A DNA stretch of 32,000 nucleotides from Candidatus Baldrarchaeota archaeon (GTDB lineage Archaea > Asgardarchaeota > Baldrarchaeia > Baldrarchaeales > DXJG01): assembly GCA_019056805.1 (NCBI GenBank), contig DXJG01000010.1:1-32000 (forward strand), given 5' to 3'. Numbering within the stretch: position 1 is the stretch's first letter; every line of letters starts with the position of its first letter. Of the stretch, positions 1 through 9,351 are shown in pieces. The notes under the pieces were generated by a model. That model worked only from the letters and a program-made list of their open reading frames with translations, did no database searches and was not told the DNA's origin. The translations under genes were made by a program, and so were the position numbers.

Positions 1-2
1 AA

Positions 3-317
3 CCTAATGAATTAATTCTCGAAAATCTCAAAAAACTATCCCGAGAAACAGTTCCAATAATCATAAGAATTCCTATAGTCCCAGGATACAATGATCAAAA
101 AGAAAACATTAAGTCCACCGCTGATTTTATCAGTAAACTAGGTGGAAACATTACGAGAGTCGAATTACTACCCTACCATAGATTAGGGATTTCCAAATAT
201 AAGCAGTTAGGTAGAGAGTATAAATTGAATGATGCAAAACCTCCAACAAAAGAAAAACTGCAAAATATTGCAAGCATAATAAAAGTATATGGCTTAAAAG
301 TTCGAATTGAAGGTTAA
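3..317 (+). CDS. Glycyl-radical enzyme activating protein (PflA-like radical SAM), C-terminal part, 5'-truncated by the window edge
   Basis: Not in the ORF track. Manual translation from position 3: PNELILENLKKL..IIIRIPIVPGYNDQKEN..RVELLPYHRLGISKYKQLGREY..EG*. The RIPxxPGxND and ELLPYHxxGxxKY motifs are typical of GRE activases. Confidence 0.88.
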   Translation, partial: PNELILENLKKLSRETVPIIIRIPIVPGYNDQKENIKSTADFISKLGGNITRVELLPYHRLGISKYKQLGREYKLNDAKPPTKEKLQNIASIIKVYGLKVRIEG

Positions 318-466
318 CATTTTTTACCCCTTAACAAAAGTATAAAAATCCTTTTCATCGTTCTCACTAAATTTTACTCAAAAATTAAAATTCCATACTT
401 GTAAAGTAACATTGAAAACATCAATTTTATAATCAAACACTCAAATAATTTCATTAGTGATGTAAG

Positions 467-1417
467 ATGTCTGAAAGCGAAAAACATTATGATTTGGTTA
501 TAATTGGTGGGGGACCTGCTGGTCTTACCGCTGCCATTTATTCTGCAAGAAAAGGATTGAAAACACTAGTGATTGAGAGAGGGATTCCAGGCGGTAGAAT
601 GAACGACGCGCCTTTTATTGAAAATTATCCAGGCTTTCCAGATGGAATAAAAGGCTCAGAACTAGCAATTCTATTTGTAAAACAAACTGAGAAGTTTGGA
701 GTTGAAATTCATCAAATGGAAGAAGTTGTCGATTTAGATTTTAAAAGTGATCCCAAAGTTATAGTTACAAGAAAAGGGAAATACTTGGCATCGGCTGTAA
801 TAATTGCAATTGGAGCCGAGAGAAAAAAGCTTCTTATACCTGGAGAAAAAGAATTTCTAGGTCGTGGAGTTTCATACTGTGCAACATGTGACGGTTTCTT
901 CTTTAAAAACAGAATCGTTGCTGTTATAGGTTCTGGCGACGAAGCAGCAGAGGATGCTCTTCTTCTTGCAAATCTAGCCTCAAAGGTGTATCTCATTACT
1001 AATGCTAAAAGTTTGGAATGTGAAGAGGTTTTAAAGGGAAAAATACGGGAAAGCGGAAAAATAGAGGTAATAAATAATTATAAGGTGACTAAAGTAATTG
1101 GAGACGAAGTAGTAAAGGCTGTACAACTAAAAAATATAGATACTGGTGAAGAAAAAGAAATAGAGGTAAATGGTGTTTTCTTTGCTCTCGGAGCAGTCCC
1201 CATGACCGAAATTATGAGAAAAGCAGGTATAGAAACCCATGAAAGAGGCTGTATTATAGTAGATAATATGCAGAAGACGAATATTGAGGGCGTATTTGCC
1301 GCTGGAGACTGCACATGCAACTCTCTCTTTCAAGTAATAACCGCCGCTGCGCAAGGCGCAAAAGCCGCTACTTCAGCATATAACTACATAAGAGACCTAA
1401 AGAAAACAAAACGCTAA
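467..1417 (+). CDS. trxB: Thioredoxin reductase (low-MW flavoprotein), atypical pyridine-nucleotide site
   Basis: FAD motif [18 protein letters not shown] redox CxxC, FAAGD motif, 316 aa. Confidence 0.93.
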   Translation: MSESEKHYDLVIIGGGPAGLTAAIYSARKGLKTLVIERGIPGGRMNDAPFIENYPGFPDGIKGSELAILFVKQTEKFGVEIHQMEEVVDLDFKSDPKVIVTRKGKYLASAVIIAIGAERKKLLIPGEKEFLGRGVSYCATCDGFFFKNRIVAVIGSGDEAAEDALLLANLASKVYLITNAKSLECEEVLKGKIRESGKIEVINNYKVTKVIGDEVVKAVQLKNIDTGEEKEIEVNGVFFALGAVPMTEIMRKAGIETHERGCIIVDNMQKTNIEGVFAAGDCTCNSLFQVITAAAQGAKAATSAYNYIRDLKKTKR

Positions 1418-1762
1418 AACAAATAACTAACTGTTAAAATGGCAAAACTTTAAGCATAAATTTAAAACCCATATCATTTTTTTAAACTCTTAAATACTTG
1501 TTGAAAAGGCTGTAAAGAAATTTATGTTGGAAGTTTGCGAAGAAACTGTATTTTGTCATTATACTTCAGAGATTTTGGAATTAAAGAAGAAATAGAAACT
1601 TATATTGTTGTGAAATAAGCCATCTGATTTCATTTTAATTTCGCAATTCATATTGCACTCAATGTAGATTTATTTTATTAATCATCTTCATAGTTTTCCA
1701 TAAAAAAATTAATATAGAAGCAAAGGCGATTTTGAAGGGGGGTAATAGGGGTAGTCGTGTTG

Positions 1763-2887
1763 ATGAAAAATGTAGGTTCTGCAATGCTTAATTGTGTACA
1801 TAATTTGTCGTCTTATGTAACTAATTTTAAAATTATTCCGAAACCAGTGGCAATGCACCTTGAAATAACCTACAGATGTAATCTTAAATGTGTTTTTTGC
1901 GATAGATGGAAGGTTGGTCCAGAAATACATGCAAAGGAACTTAAATGGTCAGAACTGAAAAAACTACTTTTCCAAGCAAAAAGGTTGAATATAAAGCTTC
2001 TGGCATTTTCAGGTGGAGAACCCCTATTAAGAAAAGAAACAATTAATTTAGCTAATTTAGCGAGAAAACTCGGAATATTAACTTTCCTCAATACTAATGG
2101 TACTTTAATAGATGAAAATAATGTGAAAATAATTACAAAGAGTTTTGATCAAGTTATAATCAGCATAGATAGCACAAATCCTCAACTTCACGATTTCTTC
2201 AGAGGAGTAAAAGGTACATTTGAAAAAGCATTAAAAGCAATAAAACTGTTAGTAAAAAATAGTAAACGAAAAAGCCAAGTAGCTGTGCAAACAGTTTTCT
2301 CAAATAAAAATTATCAAGAATTTTTATACATGCAAGAGTTCTTCAAAAAACTAGGTGTCCCACTATTTGCCCAACCAATACACAACATATCCTCAAGCCT
2401 ATACATAGCAAATAACGGATTTAAAATCAATAACAAAGAATACATAGAAATCAAGAAAATTGTAAAAGCTTTTCTAAGTAACTCTACTTTCTGCGACCCC
2501 TATGTAAACATAGCTTACAAAACCATTTACAAACGATATTTCAAAAAGTTTCCAGAATTCCTAAAAAACCCAAACAATCTAAACAATCATTTTATCTGCT
2601 TTGCAGGATCATTTAGCTTCTTAGTTGATCCAATAGGTGACGTCTATCCATGCGATGGACTAAGAATTCCCCAAGGAAACATAAGAGAAAAGTCTCTCAT
2701 AAAAATATGGAGAGAAATGACAAATATAAGGAGAAAAATAAGTAGCATAGAAAGATCATGTAACTGTTGGCTTCTATGCATAATTCCATTTTCTATGATA
2801 TTATCAATTCCATTTACTCCATTTCTCTATATAAAAAGAAGAAAAACAAATAAAAATAAGATTGGAACTCTACAAATTCAAAAATAA
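1763..2887 (+). CDS. Radical SAM protein with SPASM/twitch C-terminal domain
   Basis: CNLKCVFC (CxxxCxxC), SGGEPLL, TNGTL, SIDS, and C-terminal CFAG..DVYPC..GNI..IW..CxCxxxC. In-frame starts GTG 1757, TTG 1760, ATG 1763. Confidence 0.92.
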   Translation: MKNVGSAMLNCVHNLSSYVTNFKIIPKPVAMHLEITYRCNLKCVFCDRWKVGPEIHAKELKWSELKKLLFQAKRLNIKLLAFSGGEPLLRKETINLANLARKLGILTFLNTNGTLIDENNVKIITKSFDQVIISIDSTNPQLHDFFRGVKGTFEKALKAIKLLVKNSKRKSQVAVQTVFSNKNYQEFLYMQEFFKKLGVPLFAQPIHNISSSLYIANNGFKINNKEYIEIKKIVKAFLSNSTFCDPYVNIAYKTIYKRYFKKFPEFLKNPNNLNNHFICFAGSFSFLVDPIGDVYPCDGLRIPQGNIREKSLIKIWREMTNIRRKISSIERSCNCWLLCIIPFSMILSIPFTPFLYIKRRKTNKNKIGTLQIQK

Positions 2888-2888
2888 T

Positions 2889-4271
2889 TTAGAAATTGAA
2901 ATATTGCGTATATTCCCATGGCGTTACTTGCATTGAATATTCAATCCACTCTTTTCTTTTTACCTCCAAAAATTGATCTAAAACTTCTTTTCCAATCGCA
3001 TTTTGTACAACTTCATCAGATTCCAAAGCATCTAAAGCATCCTTCAAAGATCCAGGCAACTCTCTTATACCTAATTCCCTCATCTTCTTCCTTGAAAACT
3101 CGTAAACATCTTCATCAACAGGATCCCCGGGATCAATTTTCTTCTTAATTCCATCCAACCCAGCTAGAGCCATGGCAGCAAAAGCTAAATAGGGATTACA
3201 CAATGGATCTGGAAACCTAACCTCTACCCTCTTTCTACTTTTCACAGCTTCGCCTCTTAAATACAAAGGTACTCTTACAAGAGCTGACCTGTTCTTTCGA
3301 CCCCAACATACATATACTGGTGCTTCAAAACCAGGAACAAGTCTCTTATATGAGTTCACTGTAGGCGCAACAATCGCAGCCAAAGCTTCAGCATGCTCTA
3401 AGATGCCGCCAATATAGTATCGACCCACTTGACTTAACTCTGCATACTCGTCATCCGGATCATAAAAAACATTTACATCTCCTTTCCATAAGCTTTGATG
3501 CACATGCATTCCACTTCCATTATCCTCAACTATAGGCTTAGGCATAAAAGTAGCCACAAGTCCATGTTGATCCGCTATGTTCCTCGCTGTAAACTTGTAT
3601 ATCTGAACCTTATCGGCCATATTCGTAAGCTTATCAGCAATCATTATAATTTCAACTTGCCCAAGGGTAGCAACTTCATGATGCGTTTTACCTATTTTTA
3701 TACCCAACTTCATTAATGCATTTGCAAAATCCATTCTGAACTCATGGGTTTCATCAAGAGGTGGGATCTGGAAATATCCATCCTTAAACTTTATTCCATG
3801 CCTAAAATTCGTTACAGTGACTTCCTCAGCCATTTTAAATACGAAAAATTCTATCTCTGGCGCCATGTAAGCCGCTGTGAAACCTGCTTCATCTAAGATT
3901 TTTTCTGCTCTTTGAGCTACATATCTTGGGTCGCCTTTAAACCTCTCTCCACTATAGCCCTCATATACGTCAGTAATGAAAAATGCAGATTTATGATCAC
4001 CTTTAGTCCACGGTATAATTTTCATCGTTTTAATATCTGGCTTCGCCACCATATCCGATTCTTCCACGCTTTTAAAACTAGGTATTGAAGACCCGTCAAA
4101 CCCCATGCCCGTTTCAAAATCCTTTTCATCTAAATTGGCGAGCGGATATGAAAAACTACGTATACGACCATTAATATCAGTTATCCAGAAATTTATCCAC
4201 TTAACTTGTTCACGTTGCAAATACTCAACCACATTTTCACTTGTCAAAGCTTTACACCACTTACCAAACAT
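2889..4271 (-). CDS. glnA: Glutamine synthetase type I
   Basis: FDGSSI, APEIEFF, HHEVA, TFMPKP, NGSGMHVHQSL, PTVNSYKRLVPGFEAP, NRSALVRVP, RVEVRFPDP. A TTG start at 4247 behind GGTG is also possible. Confidence 0.97.
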   Translation of the reverse strand: MFGKWCKALTSENVVEYLQREQVKWINFWITDINGRIRSFSYPLANLDEKDFETGMGFDGSSIPSFKSVEESDMVAKPDIKTMKIIPWTKGDHKSAFFITDVYEGYSGERFKGDPRYVAQRAEKILDEAGFTAAYMAPEIEFFVFKMAEEVTVTNFRHGIKFKDGYFQIPPLDETHEFRMDFANALMKLGIKIGKTHHEVATLGQVEIIMIADKLTNMADKVQIYKFTARNIADQHGLVATFMPKPIVEDNGSGMHVHQSLWKGDVNVFYDPDDEYAELSQVGRYYIGGILEHAEALAAIVAPTVNSYKRLVPGFEAPVYVCWGRKNRSALVRVPLYLRGEAVKSRKRVEVRFPDPLCNPYLAFAAMALAGLDGIKKKIDPGDPVDEDVYEFSRKKMRELGIRELPGSLKDALDALESDEVVQNAIGKEVLDQFLEVKRKEWIEYSMQVTPWEYTQYFNF

Positions 4272-4407
4272 TTAACATAATATAGCTTAGAAACGCTTAT
4301 CAAATTAAAAGTTTTTCAAATAAAAAACAAACAAATAACATAAAACTTAAAAAATATATGAACAAATGTATCAGTACAACTCATTTTATCGAGGAGGAAT
4401 TGTGCAA

Positions 4408-4911
4408 ATGTTCAAAGAAAAAACCCTTGCTATCGATGAAAAAGATCTAAAGATATTGGAAGCCTTGCAAGAAAACTCTAGACTTTCATTTAGACAATTA
4501 GCGAGGAAAACAGGGTTCTCAGTGGCGACAGTAATGTCAAGAGTAAAAAAGCTTGAAAAAATAGGGATAATCAAAAAATATACTGTTGAGATAGATTACT
4601 CAAAACTCGGCTTAGATTTCCCAGTAATAATTGATGTAAGAGTTTCAAAAGGAAAATTATTTGAAGTCGAAGAAGAAATAGCAAAAGACCCTCATGTTCT
4701 AGCAGTTTACGACATTACCGGAGACTTTGATGTAGCTATACTCGCCATATTCAAGACAAGAAAAGAATTAGACAAATTCGTGAAAGAACTACAAAAAATG
4801 GAATACGTAGAAAGAACCTACACAAAACTAATACTAAACATAATAAAAGAAACCTTAGGAAATGACGTAACAAAAATAATCAAAATACAAGAAAACAAAT
4901 CTTATACTTAA
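4408..4911 (+). CDS. Lrp/AsnC family transcriptional regulator
   Basis: N-terminal HTH (IDEKDLKILEALQENSRLSFRQLA..ATVMSRVKKLEKIGIIKKY) and C-terminal RAM domain (VYDITGDFD). GAGGAGG ribosome-binding site before GTG 4402 and ATG 4408. Confidence 0.93.
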   Translation: MFKEKTLAIDEKDLKILEALQENSRLSFRQLARKTGFSVATVMSRVKKLEKIGIIKKYTVEIDYSKLGLDFPVIIDVRVSKGKLFEVEEEIAKDPHVLAVYDITGDFDVAILAIFKTRKELDKFVKELQKMEYVERTYTKLILNIIKETLGNDVTKIIKIQENKSYT

Positions 4912-5186
4912 AAATCTTGATTCGAAATTATATTTTATTTTGAATCAACATTTTACAATAGTAAACAAAGATTATAATTTTTGTTTTCTTCAAATCTTAA
5001 TTACCATTACCTAAAGAAACAAGATCTTTATCGTTTATTAGCAAAATGGAAAGAGAAAAGCATATATAAGATTGTCATTATTTTGTTCGGAAATGATGAC
5101 TTATCCAAGCCAATTTAAATTAACTCCACAACACGAACATTTCAAATATCAATACATCGCCCCTAAGACTATTAAGGAGGGATAAA

Positions 5187-5384
5187 ATGAACGAAGAAGA
5201 ACTCCTCAAAATATTGAAAGAACGAGGTCCCTTAACAAGAGACCAACTAGTAAAAATAACTGGATTACCTAGAACGACAATATATGATAAACTTTCCAAA
5301 CTTCTAATAAAAAGAAAAGTAGTAAAGGAACCAGAAAAACGAAACAGTCGAGGAAGACCGAGAATTTACTGGAAGGCAGTTTAA
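5187..5384 (+). CDS. Small winged-HTH protein (TrmB-like HTH)
   Basis: LLKILKERGPLTRDQLVKITGLPRTTIYDKL..GRPRIYW, with AGGAGG ribosome-binding site upstream. Confidence 0.82.
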   Translation: MNEEELLKILKERGPLTRDQLVKITGLPRTTIYDKLSKLLIKRKVVKEPEKRNSRGRPRIYWKAV

Positions 5385-5504
5385 ACAACTCCTCAAAATT
5401 TTTCCTGTAACACGGAATGAAATCAAATAACTTGCATTTAAAAGAAGCAATTTAAGCCTCTAAACCTTTAGTATCTTCTAAATAAAGTTCGATTTTAATG
5501 CAAG

Positions 5505-6125
5505 TTACTTTTCTCCTTTCCATTCTCTAAAAAACTCATCTAAGAAAATTTCCATGAATCTTGTTCTCTCTTCGGCGATTTTTCGACTTTCTTCAAGATT
5601 TAAACTATCTTTTATTTTCAACAATTTTTCATAAAAATGATTTATACAACTATCGCTTTTTCCATCATATTTTTCTTTAGGTTTTATCCAAGGTATCCAT
5701 ATCTTCTGATTTCTCAGCCCAGAATCTGAAAAACACCTCGCAATTCCAATTGCTCCAATAGCATCTAACCTATCAGCATCCTGAAGAATCTTCGCCTCTA
5801 AACTCTTCGCTCTACAACCTCTAAGAAACCTATGAACCCTTATACAATAAACCACGTCTCCCGTTTTCTCTTCTGGGAAACCAACATTCCTTAAAATTTC
5901 CTCCGCCATCTTAGCGCTCAAAATTTCATGATTCTCCACGTCTTCCTTATATCCTACATTATGTAGCAAAGCTGCAGCTTTCAATACGTCTAAATCAGCG
6001 CCAAGCTTTTCGCCAAGTCTTAAACATAAATTATAGACTCTTATAGCATGAAAAAAGTCGTGTCCCGGCCAATTATTCCACATATATTTTTTAACAATCT
6101 CTTTTAACTTCTCTTCCCAGCTCAT
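5505..6125 (-). CDS. HD-domain protein (YedJ-like) with an HN variant motif
   Basis: HDFFHAIRVY, AALLHNVG (HD position), HRF, LQDADRLDAIGAIGIARCF, HFYEKLLKIKD. Confidence 0.88.
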   Translation of the reverse strand: MSWEEKLKEIVKKYMWNNWPGHDFFHAIRVYNLCLRLGEKLGADLDVLKAAALLHNVGYKEDVENHEILSAKMAEEILRNVGFPEEKTGDVVYCIRVHRFLRGCRAKSLEAKILQDADRLDAIGAIGIARCFSDSGLRNQKIWIPWIKPKEKYDGKSDSCINHFYEKLLKIKDSLNLEESRKIAEERTRFMEIFLDEFFREWKGEK

Positions 6126-6233
6126 AGACTCACATATAACACAACTTCTTAAAACTATTATCTATCAAGCATAATAACGAAGTATACTACTAAATGTAAG
6201 TCCCAAAAGAATAAAAAACGTTTAAAATCTTCT

Positions 6234-6500
6234 CTACTCGACTTTTTCTTCTTTAAGATACGTTTCTTCAACGTCTTTAACCCAACTCTGTAAAATGTCA
6301 AGTAAATTCTTTATTTCATCAAGAGAAAACCACATACTTTCAGTTCCCATTATAACTAGAAACTCCTTTTTTCTCTTATCAAAACAAGCAATAACTTCAT
6401 TTTCAGTAAAAGTCTTTAATGGTTTCAAAAGTATGCAAGCCCTGTCATCATCGTATTTCTTCCGGTATTTTAAACCATTTTTCATTTTGAACACCGTCAA
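6234..6500 (-). CDS. Hypothetical protein
   Basis: 88-aa ORF with protein-like composition and no recognised motif. The start is uncertain. Confidence 0.35.
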   Translation of the reverse strand: MTVFKMKNGLKYRKKYDDDRACILLKPLKTFTENEVIACFDKRKKEFLVIMGTESMWFSLDEIKNLLDILQSWVKDVEETYLKEEKVE

Positions 6501-6900
6501 TCTCTTTTTATTCCGCGAGATTTACCGCGAATTCTTTCTGGTTTCAGATCATTGTCTGGTAATGAGGTGTAGTGTTAAATGAGATTTCGTAACAAATGTC
6601 GCAACAAGTACTCTCTGAAACAGAAAGCAAATTGACATAACAAAGTTATAAACTTTTATATACAGCACTGCTTATAAAAATAATTTATTTTCTGTATAAA
6701 TTTTGTTAATTTAAATATAAAATTTTCAAACTAAATTCCATTTTAAGCTTAAAATTAGTAACAAAGAAAAATATACGGTTTTAAAAACAACGTTATTAAA
6801 TGCAAATTAAAAAATATTAATTTAAATCCAAGAAAGGTTAATATACCATTTTATAACATTCTATTATAGACTTCGTGGTAACTAGGGGGAGAAAAATAAA

Positions 6901-7791
6901 ATGAGCGCAAGATACTGCCCATATTGCCGCGCGGAATTACCTGCAGGAGCAACCTTCTGTCCATACTGCGGAGCTAATGTCGCAGAAAAACCACCAGTTG
7001 AAGTAACTAAGCCGCCTACACCTGTTGTAGCACCGCCGTCTGCGCCTACACCAGCACCGGTAGCAGGAACAGCTGTTGCAACAATCCAAGATGCAATTAG
7101 AAGAAGATCAGAATCGGATATTAAAATGTCAGGTGCCTGGATACTTGTTGTTATATTCTCACCTGTACTTCTAGCCATCGGTATCTTTATGGTACTCATA
7201 GGATTTTTCGCACCAGTATTGCTTCTAATAGGTGGCCTAGTAGCCATTATTGCCTTAGTTCTAGCAGCAGTTCTATACTACAAGTTGATAAATCGAAGAA
7301 ACAAACATTTCATGAGAAGTAGAATGTTAAGAGAAGGATTGATCAGACATATCGAAAGTAAAGCTAGTGAACTAGGAAGAACCCAAGACGTTATGTCCGA
7401 ACTCTCTACGATGAGAATGGTGCATTCAGAATTGAATAGTGAAGAGGGAGATAAATCAGCTGGCCTATATGCAATTCTATCAATCATTGTACCATTCGTC
7501 TCACTTTATGTTATGTATTTCCTAACAAAGGAATTCGTTTCACATGACACAAAAGAAAGGGCATTCTTCCAAGCACTTTCCACAGCCGCTAACAAGCTAG
7601 GAATTCCAGCGCAATTTCCATATTGGAAAGAACTGCCAAGAAGATCTGCAGGACTCTACTTAATACTAACAATAGTTCTCAGCGGTTTATTCGCAATCTA
7701 CTGGATGTGGACCCTTATAAAAGATCCTCATCAGCACTTTGATGCACATGCAGTTTTTGAAGATGCTCTTATGTCTACACTTTATCGCTAG
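6901..7791 (+). CDS. Membrane protein with N-terminal zinc ribbon, Pro-rich linker and two DUF4234-like repeats
   Basis: CPYC..FCPYCG, then a PPTPVVAPPSAPTPAP linker, then hydrophobic hairpins each ending in LYW/LYV-type segments followed by N/H-x-HF. Confidence 0.8.
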   Translation: MSARYCPYCRAELPAGATFCPYCGANVAEKPPVEVTKPPTPVVAPPSAPTPAPVAGTAVATIQDAIRRRSESDIKMSGAWILVVIFSPVLLAIGIFMVLIGFFAPVLLLIGGLVAIIALVLAAVLYYKLINRRNKHFMRSRMLREGLIRHIESKASELGRTQDVMSELSTMRMVHSELNSEEGDKSAGLYAILSIIVPFVSLYVMYFLTKEFVSHDTKERAFFQALSTAANKLGIPAQFPYWKELPRRSAGLYLILTIVLSGLFAIYWMWTLIKDPHQHFDAHAVFEDALMSTLYR

Positions 7792-7794
7792 CTA

Positions 7795-8124
7795 TTAATT
7801 CATTTTTTCTTCTTTTACAGCAGTTAAACAATAAGGACAAATTACGACATCAAACAGTATCCTTTTTCCGCACGTTTTACAAAAAATGTATTTACCTATC
7901 CGCTTTTTCTCTTCTCTTAAAAAACGTGAAGCCATGTACAATATTGTGGATAAAAACAATAAAGCGATGCCTATTATGATTGTTGCTAACCTAAGTTCAT
8001 GAAAACCTCGCACACTACTACCAAGAACACCGCTAAACTCCAAAATATAGGTTGATGAGATCCATCCCATTGAACTCCATATTAACAACATGCTAAGTAA
8101 CATTAACATTTTCTTCAATGCCAT
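7795..8124 (-). CDS. Small membrane protein with C-terminal zinc ribbon
   Basis: Two hydrophobic segments followed by FCKTCG..ICPYC. Confidence 0.75.
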   Translation of the reverse strand: MALKKMLMLLSMLLIWSSMGWISSTYILEFSGVLGSSVRGFHELRLATIIIGIALLFLSTILYMASRFLREEKKRIGKYIFCKTCGKRILFDVVICPYCLTAVKEEKMN

Positions 8125-8138
8125 AACATATCAACCTC

Positions 8139-8672
8139 TTATAATCCCAACATTATCGTTCCAAGATTATATAGGCTGTGAATAATCATTGCTATTATGA
8201 GGAATAAAAAATATTCATTTTCGCCATAATTATCCCAACTTCCAACACCATACGCCGCAATAGTAGTGGTTGTTAAGTGTAGTGGAGTACTTAGCAAAAA
8301 ACGTAGCAAAAGAAGCCACACTGCACCATACATTCCAAAAATATTAATAAATGTAAAAAAGTAGGACAGGTTTTCCAGCAATGAAAATCCAAGCGCAGAT
8401 ACAACGCCCAACTGTACCCATTCGATAACGCTTGGCTCAATGTTCTCTTGAGTTTTCAGAAAGAAAGGAGGAAGAATCTTAACGAGTTCTTCTGCAAAAG
8501 GAGCTATCATCACGGCAACAACTATCAATATAACATTTGCATAAATATCTTGAAAGGCCACAAAAGGTAGTAATAATATCATTTGTTTTGTATTAAAAAT
8601 CGCGGCTCCGACTCCAAATACAGCCCCCAATAATAAGGATGCAAGATAGTGAGCACGACTAATATTTACCAT
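8139..8672 (-). CDS. PrsW-family glutamic intramembrane protease
   Basis: All family motifs are present: EELVK (EExxK), FSLLEN (FxxxEN), PLH and HSLYN (HxxxN), in a polytopic membrane protein. Confidence 0.88.
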   Translation of the reverse strand: MVNISRAHYLASLLLGAVFGVGAAIFNTKQMILLLPFVAFQDIYANVILIVVAVMIAPFAEELVKILPPFFLKTQENIEPSVIEWVQLGVVSALGFSLLENLSYFFTFINIFGMYGAVWLLLLRFLLSTPLHLTTTTIAAYGVGSWDNYGENEYFLFLIIAMIIHSLYNLGTIMLGL

Positions 8673-8940
8673 TTCAATACCCCTTTCTTAAGTTCTAATT
8701 CTCAAAACTCTTTTTAAACCTTAATACAAATAAAATATCAACATAATCTTTATCTGGAATGATTCTTGCTTGTTCACCTTCTAGACAGGAAACCAGATTC
8801 AAAAATTTTAAAACTAATCCTACATTTGAATGTCGTAAAATTTATTGAGAACTTCACCATAATTTTCTCAACTAATTGTAAAGTTTTTATTTGTGGAATA
8901 AACATTATAATTATAAATCATAGTTCCACGGTCGAGAAAA

Positions 8941-9312
8941 ATGACTTCCACAGTACCATCACATATGTTTAAAGAAATTTTAACAGAGCTTAAAATTAAC
9001 TCAGGGATATATGCGTCTGCAATCGTTTTAAAAGACGGTTTAATAGTAGCTAGTGATATGCCTTCGGACATAAATGAAGAAGCCCTGGCAGCTATGACAG
9101 CTACCATGCTTAAAGCTGCAGAAACGGTATTCACAGAACTTAACAAAGGTGATATCGAGAGAATTATAATCGAAGGTACTCATGCCAAAATAATAGCTGC
9201 CGCTGCTAACAAAGACTTTGTACTCGTCAGTATGGCAGAACCTAAATCCACCTTAGGACTAATACTTCACAATATGAACAAGGCTATAGAAAAGCTAAAC
9301 CAAATAACCTAA
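8941..9312 (+). CDS. Roadblock/LC7 (MglB-like) domain protein
   Basis: GIYASAIVLKDGLIVAS..EEALAAMTATM..ELNKGDIERIIIEG..LGLILHNM pattern, 123 aa. Confidence 0.9.
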   Translation: MTSTVPSHMFKEILTELKINSGIYASAIVLKDGLIVASDMPSDINEEALAAMTATMLKAAETVFTELNKGDIERIIIEGTHAKIIAAAANKDFVLVSMAEPKSTLGLILHNMNKAIEKLNQIT

Positions 9313-9351
9313 CATTAAAACATGTCAATTATTTTTCCTTTCTATTCAAAA

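Noticed and set aside
712-3716. Short antisense or overlapping ORFs inside trxB, the radical SAM gene and glnA (e.g. 712..996, 1078..1320, 1709..1930, 2918..3148, 3495..3716)
   Set aside because: They are shadows of well-supported genes, with no motifs or ribosome-binding sites.
6985-7075. Pro/Ala/Thr-rich quasi-repeats
   Set aside because: A protein linker; no exact DNA tandem repeat.
8766-8972. 68-aa ORF upstream of the roadblock gene
   Set aside because: It overlaps the roadblock start out of frame and has no motif; probably promoter DNA.
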